A stretch of DNA of 44,482 nt from Escherichia phage EcoPhCCP1. The number at the start of each line of letters is the position of its first letter. Position 1 is the first letter of the stretch. Both the position numbers and the translations under genes were made by a program. The stretch is taken from the sequence record PQ384582.1, one strand, 5' to 3'. Under the pieces are notes generated by a model. The model saw only the letters and a list, made by a program, of their open reading frames with translations, did no database searches and had not been told where the DNA came from. Of the stretch, positions 31,947 to 39,881 are shown one piece after another.

Positions 31947-31976
31947 AAAAAGGCCCCGAAAGGGGCCTTAGTTTTA
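31947..31976. terminator. bidirectional rho-independent terminator
   Basis: AAAAAGGCCCC-GAAA-GGGGCCTT flanked by A-run and T-run. Confidence 0.75.
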
Positions 31977-33146
31977 TGCGTAGGTGATACGCTGGATAAC
32001 AATAGACGACTGGTATTGATTGCCTGTGGACTGCCCTTCTATGCTCTGGGTAATTGATTCAGGTCCGCCAATCTCTGGCGTAACCGCCGTGAGTTCTGCG
32101 CGTTTCAGACTGAAAGACATAGCCCCGTTTACCCCCGCCAGAATAGAGTTAATCTCTACCTGCTGTTCGTTGATAAACTTCTGAATCATCGCCATGTCAT
32201 ACAGCTTACCGGAGATGGAGAAGGTGTTAGCCGCGCGGCTACGTTCCACAAACGCTACGTTAGTGTTGCCGAGTTCGAACTGTGCGGACGCGCTGTTATC
32301 GTTGGTGATGGTCAGGCTGTCGCAGCGCAACGGCGTAGAGCCATCGAACACAGAAACGTCAACCGAGGAGAACGGCTCATCAGTGAACGTAACAGAGGAG
32401 AAGTCGGAACCAGACGGCGCCGCGGTAAGAATCTCCTGGCTGCGCCCGATGAACGGGAAGCTGCCCGTCACCATCGCGTTAACGGTCTGTTCAACAGTGA
32501 AACCAGAAACTTCCACGCCTTTGGTAAGCGTGTACGCGTCTGTCCCGCCGCACTGGCCCTTGTACCAGGTGAGAATAGAGAACGTCTTACACTGGCTGCC
32601 GGTTTCCAGTTTGTCGCCGGTCTTAGCCGCGGTAGTAGCAGTCTCGGTGATCAGAGTGTGTTGAATACCCGCACCAGTTACCACCAGTGCCTCTACCGCA
32701 GTAACAATAAACGGTTTAGCGTTATCGCCGGTTAAGTCAGTAAACGCAATCAGGTCGCCTACTTCCACACCGTCAGTAATAAAGCTACCTCCGGCACGGG
32801 TGAACGTCTTGTCCACCGGTGCGACGGTAATCGACAGCCCCGACAGAGAAACACCGGATTGCCACGTAGAGCCTAAAGCACCCGCCAGCCAGTCGTCCTG
32901 GCTTTTAGAGCTAAGCTCGACCGCGTATTCACCGCTAACCTGTTTGTTACCGGTTCGGATGGATGTAGTTTCACGGCTGCCGTCCAGTTCGTTGGAGGTC
33001 AGCGTGTCGCGGGTGATAGCAGGAACGCCACCTGTGTTACGCAACGGTGACCAGACCGGGTTAGTCGGTGTTACGCCCGGGGTAGTTTCCGCCACATAGA
33101 ATTGCGCGGTAGTCGCGCCCTTAAAAGGAGTTGTAGCCATATTCAC
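31974..33146 (-). CDS. major tail protein (by position)
   Basis: 390-aa Thr/Ser-rich protein downstream of connector/terminator genes; no motif recognised. Confidence 0.5.
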   Translation of the reverse strand: MNMATTPFKGATTAQFYVAETTPGVTPTNPVWSPLRNTGGVPAITRDTLTSNELDGSRETTSIRTGNKQVSGEYAVELSSKSQDDWLAGALGSTWQSGVSLSGLSITVAPVDKTFTRAGGSFITDGVEVGDLIAFTDLTGDNAKPFIVTAVEALVVTGAGIQHTLITETATTAAKTGDKLETGSQCKTFSILTWYKGQCGGTDAYTLTKGVEVSGFTVEQTVNAMVTGSFPFIGRSQEILTAAPSGSDFSSVTFTDEPFSSVDVSVFDGSTPLRCDSLTITNDNSASAQFELGNTNVAFVERSRAANTFSISGKLYDMAMIQKFINEQQVEINSILAGVNGAMSFSLKRAELTAVTPEIGGPESITQSIEGQSTGNQYQSSIVIQRITYA

Positions 33147-33556
33147 AGCCTCTTGGTGAATGCAATAAAGTTAATTGACAATGGTCGTTTGGCCCATCCG
33201 TTTTCTACAATCAGCGGCCCCAGGCTAACCGATTGAACCTCGGCGCAGATGTCGTTACGTGAAAATGACTTGCCTGCTTTAAACGCCGTATTAAGTAAGT
33301 CTGCCATTTTATTGATTGGCGCGCTACCTTTCGCCGATGCGTAGTTAATGTCGACCTGATAGATACCAGAGCGTTGCTCGGTGAAGAACAAATCCGCCTG
33401 TTCCGTATCCGCCAGCAACATGTAACTCGCCAGATACGGCGTATCTGTTGACGTCGGCGCGTCGATGTTTTCAAACGCAACCTTGATGCCGTTTGCGTTC
33501 CCGAAGGCTACCAACGGCACATCAAACGCTTTGGTTAAGTCCTCAAAGTAGCCCAT
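33143..33556 (-). CDS. tail terminator/completion protein (by position)
   Basis: Gene order only. Confidence 0.4.
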   Translation of the reverse strand: MGYFEDLTKAFDVPLVAFGNANGIKVAFENIDAPTSTDTPYLASYMLLADTEQADLFFTEQRSGIYQVDINYASAKGSAPINKMADLLNTAFKAGKSFSRNDICAEVQSVSLGPLIVENGWAKRPLSINFIAFTKRL

Positions 33557-33951
33557 TATTTCACCTTGTTGGCTTCTTCATTAATGAGTTGCTGGAAGCG
33601 AGACACGTTAGTCCTGACCATCCCGGCGGGCGCTTGCTGCGACCAACCATACTCCAGTCGTTGTGCATACGGCAGATTATTTGTCAGCGTGAACTCGCGC
33701 CAGTCGGCGGCTTTCAATACGAAACCTGTAGCGTTTCCGATTGCTATGTTTCCTGATTTATCCGTAGCGTCCGTAATCCCGGAAGCAGGAGTACCGCCAG
33801 ATGCCATCCAGTTCATACGAAATCGGCCTGTATCTACCGGACTCGCCTTTATAATAGCGGAAAACAGCTTGATAGACACCTGACGCATCACCTTCTCTGG
33901 GTTCTTCTTCGCCTTTTCCACGAACTTAGAGACATCAAGCGCGAAACTCAT
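33556..33951 (-). CDS. HK97 gp10-like tail component
   Basis: PVDTGRFRMNW resembles the gp10 family motif (PxDTGxLRxS). Confidence 0.5.
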   Translation of the reverse strand: MSFALDVSKFVEKAKKNPEKVMRQVSIKLFSAIIKASPVDTGRFRMNWMASGGTPASGITDATDKSGNIAIGNATGFVLKAADWREFTLTNNLPYAQRLEYGWSQQAPAGMVRTNVSRFQQLINEEANKVK

Positions 33952-34388
33952 TTTCTCACCTGGATAAAGTATGCCACGACATCATCGTTAACCATCTTCT
34001 TCTCAATGGCTACGACAGACCATTGCTCGCCGCCGAATTGCACCTTGTCTTCCATCTTCGGTACAACACTGCAATCCGCTTTAACAATCATGTCGCCAGC
34101 CTGAATCGTCGTACCGTTTACCAGCCCCGCGTTTACCGGAACCGGAACCGCCTTCAACGGCAACACTTCATCCGCAGACCAGACGTACTCACCGAGAACT
34201 TCATCCCACACTTTCGAGCCAGCGCGAACAAGAGATACCGTGCTACCGAATTTGGTTAGCAGGCGTGTACCGACGCCTTGCATACGTTTACTGAAAGCGG
34301 TGCTCATTTTAGCACCTCTTGCAACGTCAAAAGAACACCGTAACTGTGCAAGACTACCGCGGTAAGAAAACCAAAAACTACACCACAT
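33948..34388 (-). CDS. head-tail joining protein (by position; start uncertain)
   Basis: Gene order; likely starts at internal Met (MSTAFSKRMQ). Confidence 0.35.
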   Translation of the reverse strand: MWCSFWFSYRGSLAQLRCSFDVARGAKMSTAFSKRMQGVGTRLLTKFGSTVSLVRAGSKVWDEVLGEYVWSADEVLPLKAVPVPVNAGLVNGTTIQAGDMIVKADCSVVPKMEDKVQFGGEQWSVVAIEKKMVNDDVVAYFIQVRK

Positions 34389-34401
34389 GTGAACTTATTC
34401 A

Positions 34402-35016
34402 TCAGGCGGCCTCCAGTCTCGAAATAACCAGTAGTGCGGAAGGCGCTGTACCCCATGCGGCTACAGTAGCCGCTTGCGGGTATACGCCACCGAAGTTGCT
34501 TCCGGCGCTATCCCGCATAATCTGCACGGAAAACGTCTGACCTGCGGTAGGATTGATAACGACGCGAGATTCAATCGGGATTGTGGTGTCCGCGCTTACC
34601 AGTTTCGTGGCGGCGGGTGAGCCGTACTGGGCGCCGTTAAGGAGAATGCGTGATAAAAGGATTGATGTACCACTCGCCCCTGTGCGACCCGCCTGTAACT
34701 TGATGCGAACGGCGTAGTTACCAGCGGTGTTGAATGTAACAAGCCCCGCGGCATTAATCATTACCGGGTCTGACGCGCTACCCTGCGCGGAGCCGAAAGT
34801 TAACTGCAACGCCGTATCTACTGCGGAAGGCGCTTGTACTACGGTAGACGCAGCGCGGAGAACTTCAACCTCTTTAACACCCGGAGTGGCGTAAATAGGC
34901 GAGTCGGCCATCTGCGTCATTACCTCGCGTAGCTTCGCGGGTGTGATAAGCCCGGTCGTGTTATCGGGAAGATTTGCACCGATAAGCGTAAGCATTTCTG
35001 ATTTAGTCTTCGCCAT
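34402..35016 (-). CDS. hypothetical structural protein
   Basis: ORF track; within structural operon. Confidence 0.4.
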   Translation of the reverse strand: MAKTKSEMLTLIGANLPDNTTGLITPAKLREVMTQMADSPIYATPGVKEVEVLRAASTVVQAPSAVDTALQLTFGSAQGSASDPVMINAAGLVTFNTAGNYAVRIKLQAGRTGASGTSILLSRILLNGAQYGSPAATKLVSADTTIPIESRVVINPTAGQTFSVQIMRDSAGSNFGGVYPQAATVAAWGTAPSALLVISRLEAA

Positions 35017-35018
35017 TT

Positions 35019-35531
35019 TTAACCCCGGTACACGTTAAACGAGAAGCCATTGTTAAGACCGCCACACAGTAACGGGCGTAAGGCGTCGTCGGCAGCGGTA
35101 ATGGCAGTTGTAGCGCCACTGTTACCGTTGTTGAAGTATGTCACCGTCACCGCACCCTCCACACGCTCGGTCTGCACAGAGCGCCCATCGGAGTTAGCCC
35201 GCACTTCCGTACCTGCGCCATAAGTAGTGGCAGCGATCACCTGCGCAAGAATTATCTGTTTCGGGATAACACTGTTCGCTACAGGGAAGCCATTTAACGT
35301 TACGCCGGTGCGAGGATACGCAAGAGACTGTTCTGCCGACACGCGTCTACCGCACATCTGCGGTTCTGCAAGCCCGACATAAGTAGCACCGTTGCGCAGG
35401 GCCACCTCTGCGGCGGTATCATCTGCCGGTAACTCAAGGCCATAATTAGCCGCTAACGCGCGGGCGTCAGCCAGGCTAATGTAACTGTCAGCGCCAGGTA
35501 CTATTGACCCATCTTCCACGATTAGCGGCAT
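35019..35531 (-). CDS. head-tail adaptor/connector protein (by position)
   Basis: Gene order downstream of capsid/decoration genes. Confidence 0.4.
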   Translation of the reverse strand: MPLIVEDGSIVPGADSYISLADARALAANYGLELPADDTAAEVALRNGATYVGLAEPQMCGRRVSAEQSLAYPRTGVTLNGFPVANSVIPKQIILAQVIAATTYGAGTEVRANSDGRSVQTERVEGAVTVTYFNNGNSGATTAITAADDALRPLLCGGLNNGFSFNVYRG

Positions 35532-35534
35532 AAA

Positions 35535-35714
35535 TTATTCCTCTGACTTACGGCGGCGACGCTTAGTACCACCACCGTTGTTGTGCGCTTCTTCGCTGTC
35601 CGGTTGAACCGCTACCAGTTCATCCGCTTCTACCGCACCGCGAACAGGCATCACCTGACCGTCAACAATATCAACGTGGGTGTACTTTTCACGGATTACA
35701 TAATTATCTGCCAT
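35535..35714 (-). CDS. hypothetical protein (59 aa, below cutoff)
   Basis: Translated by hand: MADNYVIREKYTHVDIVDGQVMPVRGAVEADELVAVQPDSEEAHNNGGGTKRRRRKSEE; AAGGAAAGG SD. Confidence 0.4.
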   Translation of the reverse strand: MADNYVIREKYTHVDIVDGQVMPVRGAVEADELVAVQPDSEEAHNNGGGTKRRRRKSEE

Positions 35715-35750
35715 GACCTTTCCTTATTACGGCCCCGAAGGGCCGTTGCA

Positions 35751-36095
35751 TTAAGACACAGTTGCTACGGTGCTACTGGAGATAATATTACCATATACAT
35801 CGTGAACAACCACTTTATACGTGCCGGAGTCGGCAGACGCGACAGTGGTGGCTTTGGTGTAGGTAGCCGCAGTAGCGCCCGCGATAGCGTTGTTGTTCTT
35901 GTACCACTGGTAAGTGTACGGAGCCAGACCGCCAGTTACGGTTACAGTAAGGGTTAGCGCGCCAGGTGGGCTTACTGTGGTAGTCGCCGCGAGTGGGGTG
36001 GAAAAAGATGCAGGGGCGATATTCGCCATATCGATTTTAGCGCCTACGGTATCTGCGGACACACCGGTAATACGACGTTTGATTACATCAACCAT
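35751..36095 (-). CDS. Ig-like domain protein (putative head decoration)
   Basis: YTYQWYKNN...GTYKVVVHDVYGN is an Ig-like (I-set/Big) pattern. Confidence 0.5.
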   Translation of the reverse strand: MVDVIKRRITGVSADTVGAKIDMANIAPASFSTPLAATTTVSPPGALTLTVTVTGGLAPYTYQWYKNNNAIAGATAATYTKATTVASADSGTYKVVVHDVYGNIISSSTVATVS

Positions 36096-36106
36096 TTTTA
36101 ATCTCC

Positions 36107-36478
36107 TCAGGATGCGATGATTTTAGCGGCACGAAGCTGCGCCAGAAGTTCGTTTAGTTTAGTGCCTACCGTGTTAACCGCGGTCTGTGCGGACGTAGCG
36201 ACCGCGGCGGCCTCTTCACCAGTAACGGTCTGCGCGCCGGCGTCTGTAACCGCAGCACCCTGGACGAACTTATTCCCGGCCATCGCGGTAGTCGAAGTTG
36301 TTCCGATCACAAGGCTTGACGTACCCGCACCAATAGCGGTACGTGCCGCCTCTTGGGTCGCCCCCGCGGCGATTGCCGCCGGTTTACCTGTTACTTCTTC
36401 CCAGCCTACGCTGATATCCAAGTCGCCGAAGTCGACATTCTGAAGGCTGCGCGGCAAGCCTTTTCCGGTCTTAGCCAT
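36107..36478 (-). CDS. hypothetical structural protein
   Basis: Ala/Thr/Gly-rich 123-aa ORF immediately downstream of the capsid gene. Confidence 0.4.
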   Translation of the reverse strand: MAKTGKGLPRSLQNVDFGDLDISVGWEEVTGKPAAIAAGATQEAARTAIGAGTSSLVIGTTSTTAMAGNKFVQGAAVTDAGAQTVTGEEAAAVATSAQTAVNTVGTKLNELLAQLRAAKIIAS

Positions 36479-36537
36479 AAATTACCTCTTAGTAAATGAA
36501 AAGAGGGACCGAAGTCCCTCTCGATTATATATTAACC

Positions 36538-37587
36538 TTAAGCACCGACACCAGTTACCAGAAATGCAATCGGTACATGCTTACGATCAACAACGCGGTT
36601 CCAGTTGGAGGCGTTCGCCAGGTCCTGCCAGGAGGCAGAACGTGCGACAGTCTCGGTGCCGTTGCCGGTGATTACCGCGCTGGTGAAGCTGTAACCAAAC
36701 GGGTGCAGCAACCATGTCTTACGGGTCCACAGGGTTTCGACGCCGCCGCCGTTACCACGAGACGCTTCGCGTTCGTATTCCAGCGGGTTAGACGGATTGC
36801 CTTCACCATAACCGATAGCTCCGTTGCCGAAGATGATGGAGATGAACTTGCGGCTCGGGCCAGTTCCGACCACGGTCATGCTGTCGTCAACAATCACACG
36901 GTAGCCCTGGTAGGTGGCGAACAAGGTGTCGTTGTCGGCGTCTTTGATGAAGTCGATAAGTTGCTGCTTACGCGCCTGCGCATAAACGAAGCTGTGCATC
37001 GCGATAGCGCCCAGCACTTCACCGCCGTTGCCCATCAGCGCATCGCCCATAGTCTGGGTAGCGTCGATGAATGCGCCCGCGTCGAAGCCCAGAGAAGCAG
37101 ACACGTCGATAACCATATCGTTCTGCGTATGGTATTCATCGGTAGCGGCTACGTTGTCGTTGTACAGACCGAGCGCGGTAGCAATCAGACGGCGTTGCGC
37201 CTGGCGCTGCCAGAAGTTATCCAGACGGGCCGCTACGGAGCGCAGCGGCTGCTGACTGGTCAGTTCGACGGTCAAATCCGCCTGGCCGAAACCTTCGTTC
37301 AGGTAAGCTACACGAACATCCATCTCACCGGTCTGCACGTTACGCGGGGTAGCGATGTCCTGGTATACGTCGTTCGAGTAGTTCGGCTCGATAGAGGTGT
37401 CAATCGCTTTCCAGTACGGCAGAACCGCTTTGTTGGACGGGCCGTTAGCGATAGCAGCGGCGTACGGAGTCTGGGTCAGAATACCGGACTGGAAGAACGC
37501 GGTTTTTTCTACCGGGTCCTCGGTCATGTAAGACAGAATTACCGATTCTTTACCAGTTACGATATCGCCAATAGTAGTAATTGCCAT
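36538..37587 (-). CDS. major capsid protein
   Basis: 349-aa ORF immediately downstream of the scaffold-like gene. Confidence 0.7.
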   Translation of the reverse strand: MAITTIGDIVTGKESVILSYMTEDPVEKTAFFQSGILTQTPYAAAIANGPSNKAVLPYWKAIDTSIEPNYSNDVYQDIATPRNVQTGEMDVRVAYLNEGFGQADLTVELTSQQPLRSVAARLDNFWQRQAQRRLIATALGLYNDNVAATDEYHTQNDMVIDVSASLGFDAGAFIDATQTMGDALMGNGGEVLGAIAMHSFVYAQARKQQLIDFIKDADNDTLFATYQGYRVIVDDSMTVVGTGPSRKFISIIFGNGAIGYGEGNPSNPLEYEREASRGNGGGVETLWTRKTWLLHPFGYSFTSAVITGNGTETVARSASWQDLANASNWNRVVDRKHVPIAFLVTGVGA

Positions 37588-38345
37588 TATTTTTTCCTCA
37601 GGGCTTTAAGTTGCCGTTCAAATTCGGCAGGGTTCGATTCGTACAGAGCGATACGCTCCGCTTCACTCATGTCTTTAAACGCTGGTGCGGCCCCGCCGCC
37701 TTTGCCACCGGAAGCCCCGCCGCCGGAAGCTGCATTTGCTTTAATCAAATGCGAAAACGCTTTGTGTTCACGCAGATATTTGCGGAACTGTTCCGGGTCA
37801 GTCGTGATTACGTTGCCGTCTGCACCAACAAACTTAGTAACCACATCATCGCCTTCGAACTCAGTCTTAACGAACGGTGCAAGAATGTCCACTGCTTCAG
37901 GGGTGATGAAGTCACCTGCGAAAGAGCCTAACACCGCTTTACGTTCGCTGCCGAGGATGCGCTCTGCCATTCTGGAGATGCAACCATCTTTCTCGGCCAG
38001 CACCGGGTCATACTGGCTACGAATCGTTTTTTCGAACTCGTCCATCTTACCGGCGGCTTTTAGTGCCTCCTGGTGCGCGCGCTGCCGTTCTTCTTCGGCC
38101 TCTTTTGCTTTACGAGCGGCTTCTTTCTTCTCCGCCAGCAATGCTTCCTGATTAGCCTTAAGACCGGCGACTTCTTTCTCAATCAGCGCCTGAACTTCTT
38201 CGGCTGTGAACATTTTTGGCGCGTCACCGCCACCAGCTTTATCTTCTGCCCCAGCTTCTTCCTGGAACGGATAACGTAAAAAACGATTCATAGTCAGTAT
38301 GTCCCCTGGACGTTGGAACCCGGGCCACCCGGATTTACATGTCAA
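37587..38345 (-). CDS. capsid scaffolding protein
   Basis: Helical, charged, Ala/Glu/Lys-rich; immediately upstream of the capsid gene; true start probably an internal Met. Confidence 0.6.
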   Translation of the reverse strand: MTCKSGWPGFQRPGDILTMNRFLRYPFQEEAGAEDKAGGGDAPKMFTAEEVQALIEKEVAGLKANQEALLAEKKEAARKAKEAEEERQRAHQEALKAAGKMDEFEKTIRSQYDPVLAEKDGCISRMAERILGSERKAVLGSFAGDFITPEAVDILAPFVKTEFEGDDVVTKFVGADGNVITTDPEQFRKYLREHKAFSHLIKANAASGGGASGGKGGGAAPAFKDMSEAERIALYESNPAEFERQLKALRKK

Positions 38346-38373
38346 GAATAAATTATTCCAACATGCAAGGCAA

Positions 38374-38637
38374 CTATTCCAGAATATTCCTCACGTAATC
38401 CTGCAACATGAACACTTTCAGCCTCAGCTGCCGTACGCATTCGGCGTTCTGGACGTCGATAGCTAAATCCTCGTCAGCGTCGCTACTTGGCGGCGCCAGT
38501 TTGCACGGAGGCTGCATCATTGTCGTATCCGGGGATGGAATTGGCGTTTGCGACGGCGCGGGACTTGAGCAGGACGCGAGCATCGTCGAAAGTGCACACG
38601 CTGCGGCCAGGCGTTTTAATGTACTTAACGACTTCAC
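38374..38637 (-). CDS. o-spanin (Rz1-like outer-membrane lipoprotein)
   Basis: Signal peptide with lipobox LASC, Pro-rich mature region; starts inside the i-spanin gene in another frame. Confidence 0.7.
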   Translation of the reverse strand: MKSLSTLKRLAAACALSTMLASCSSPAPSQTPIPSPDTTMMQPPCKLAPPSSDADEDLAIDVQNAECVRQLRLKVFMLQDYVRNILE

Positions 38638-38869
38638 GGGTAATCACCTCTGATTTCGTCTTGCCTTCGTTGTCGGCGGCTGCGGCCTTCGATTCATCTT
38701 GCTGCTGCCGTTGTGTTTTCTTCGCTAACTCAGCCTGTGCTTTCTGCTGTTGCTGCGAAACGAGATTCGCCCGGCCTTCGTTCCAGCCGCTGTGATACTG
38801 GTAGATGCCGTGTGCGTAAGCCAGGATGGTGAAACATGCTCCTGCTACGACAGTTGCTTTAAGATTCAT
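38483..38869 (-). CDS. i-spanin (Rz-like)
   Basis: N-terminal TM segment, Gln/Lys-rich coiled coil; AAGGAG SD; overlapped gene architecture with Rz1. Confidence 0.7.
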   Translation of the reverse strand: MNLKATVVAGACFTILAYAHGIYQYHSGWNEGRANLVSQQQQKAQAELAKKTQRQQQDESKAAAADNEGKTKSEVITREVVKYIKTPGRSVCTFDDARVLLKSRAVANANSIPGYDNDAASVQTGAAK

Positions 38870-38883
38870 GTTTCTCCTTTCTC

Positions 38884-38913
38884 GATAAGTAAAGCCCCGC
38901 CATAAAGCGGGGC
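38884..38913 (-). terminator. terminator/attenuator hairpin (minus strand) just upstream of the spanin RBS
   Basis: GCCCCGC-UUUAUG-GCGGGGC followed by UUUACUUAUC on the minus-strand RNA. Confidence 0.45.
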
Positions 38914-38979
38914 GCTAGTCCTTATCATTTAAACATAGAAACGGCGTAATCTCAGTAAACCAGTTACTTTTTACACAAG

Positions 38980-39121
38980 CAATAGAGTATGGCCCTTCCG
39001 AACGCGTCAGCGTAACTACACTCGGGACTTACGTCCGGCTCCGTTACCTGCCGCGCCGCGGTCGCTTGTTCATACTTCACAAGCTCAGGTGGAGCTTAGC
39101 ACATTTTCAGTGAAAAGTCAA
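38980..39121. repeat. non-coding repeat element, copy 2 (paralog of 7011-7156)
   Basis: Direct alignment with copy 1; conserved ends and core, variable middle with a 2-nt indel. Confidence 0.85.
39093..39121 (-). promoter_or_regulatory. promoter-like module in repeat copy 2: TTGACT-N17(TGn)-TAAGCT (minus strand)
   Basis: -35 TTGACT (39121-39116), 17-nt spacer, TGcTAAGCT; same architecture as 7128-7156. Confidence 0.4.
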
Positions 39122-39134
39122 CTATTCGAATAGT
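39121..39134. promoter_or_regulatory. perfect 14-bp palindrome ACTATTCGAATAGT abutting the -35 of the repeat-copy-2 promoter
   Basis: Read directly; half-sites related to the AATAG/CTATT dyad found in other promoters. Confidence 0.6.
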
Positions 39135-39187
39135 TTATTCCAACATTTACAATTCGGCGGAATACCTGGAATAGGTAAATAAATTGT

Positions 39188-39216
39188 TTGCACACCCCAA
39201 TATAATAGGGTACTAT
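39188..39216 (+). promoter_or_regulatory. phage promoter family member TTGCAC-N17-TACTAT (plus strand)
   Basis: 32 bp identical to 29301-29332. Confidence 0.6.
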
Positions 39217-39265
39217 TCATCTCAGCATACAACATGTTTAACCCATTAAATCGGGAGTATCTAAA

Positions 39266-39391
39266 ATGAACTACGCACCTCTTAAAAATAAATGTCGAGC
39301 TGCGGTTATCCGTAAAGCGTGGAGAGACGCTCCTGACTCACGTATTAAAAAGGTGATGCTTGAGTGGGCCGAAAGACTCAGCTTAACATAA
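39266..39391 (+). CDS. small basic protein (41 aa, below cutoff), moron
   Basis: Translated by hand: MNYAPLKNKCRAAVIRKAWRDAPDSRIKKVMLEWAERLSLT; GGGAG SD; own promoter and terminator. Confidence 0.4.
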   Translation: MNYAPLKNKCRAAVIRKAWRDAPDSRIKKVMLEWAERLSLT

Positions 39392-39395
39392 AACT

Positions 39396-39420
39396 AAGGC
39401 CCCGTTACGGGGCCTTTTAT
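39396..39420. terminator. bidirectional rho-independent terminator
   Basis: AGGCCCC-GTTAC-GGGGCCT followed by TTTT. Confidence 0.7.
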
Positions 39421-39881
39421 CATTCTGGCTTCGTAACCTTCGCCGCTTTACTTACGGCCTCTACACCATCGGCATCGGTAACCTTGACGAAGTATTCACC
39501 GACTGCATTAACTGTCAGAGACAGAGCTTCTTCTGGAGCGTTTACCACTTCCTTCCCGTCTTTGTACCAGGTCAAGGTATACGGTGCTTTGCCCGCCTTA
39601 ACTTCGACAGTGATAGTTGCGCTGCCGTCCACCAGTTCAGCGTCTTTTGGTTGCGCCGAGAAATACACGTCGCCAGCGTCCGCCAGATACGGAATCTCGT
39701 AAAGCATACCAGCCGCGGGGAGTGCAATACCGGTTTTATCTGCAAACGGCATGTCGTCTACTGGCGTACCTAGTACACTTTCATCTCCAATAAACACCAC
39801 GTTCTCGCCGGAGCCAGACACGCGAGCATACTGGACTACGCGACGCGACGGTACGTCAGTTACTTTGAAAAAGCCCATCAT
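39420..39881 (-). CDS. Ig-like domain structural protein
   Basis: C-terminal Ig-like pattern (YTLTWYKDGKEV...GEYFVKVTDADG). Confidence 0.5.
   Translation of the reverse strand: MMGFFKVTDVPSRRVVQYARVSGSGENVVFIGDESVLGTPVDDMPFADKTGIALPAAGMLYEIPYLADAGDVYFSAQPKDAELVDGSATITVEVKAGKAPYTLTWYKDGKEVVNAPEEALSLTVNAVGEYFVKVTDADGVEAVSKAAKVTKPE

Noticed and set aside
36496-38151. 551-aa plus-strand ORF
   Set aside because: Antisense to the well-supported capsid and scaffold genes; low-complexity Arg/Ser/Ala-rich translation typical of an open antisense frame in GC-rich coding DNA.
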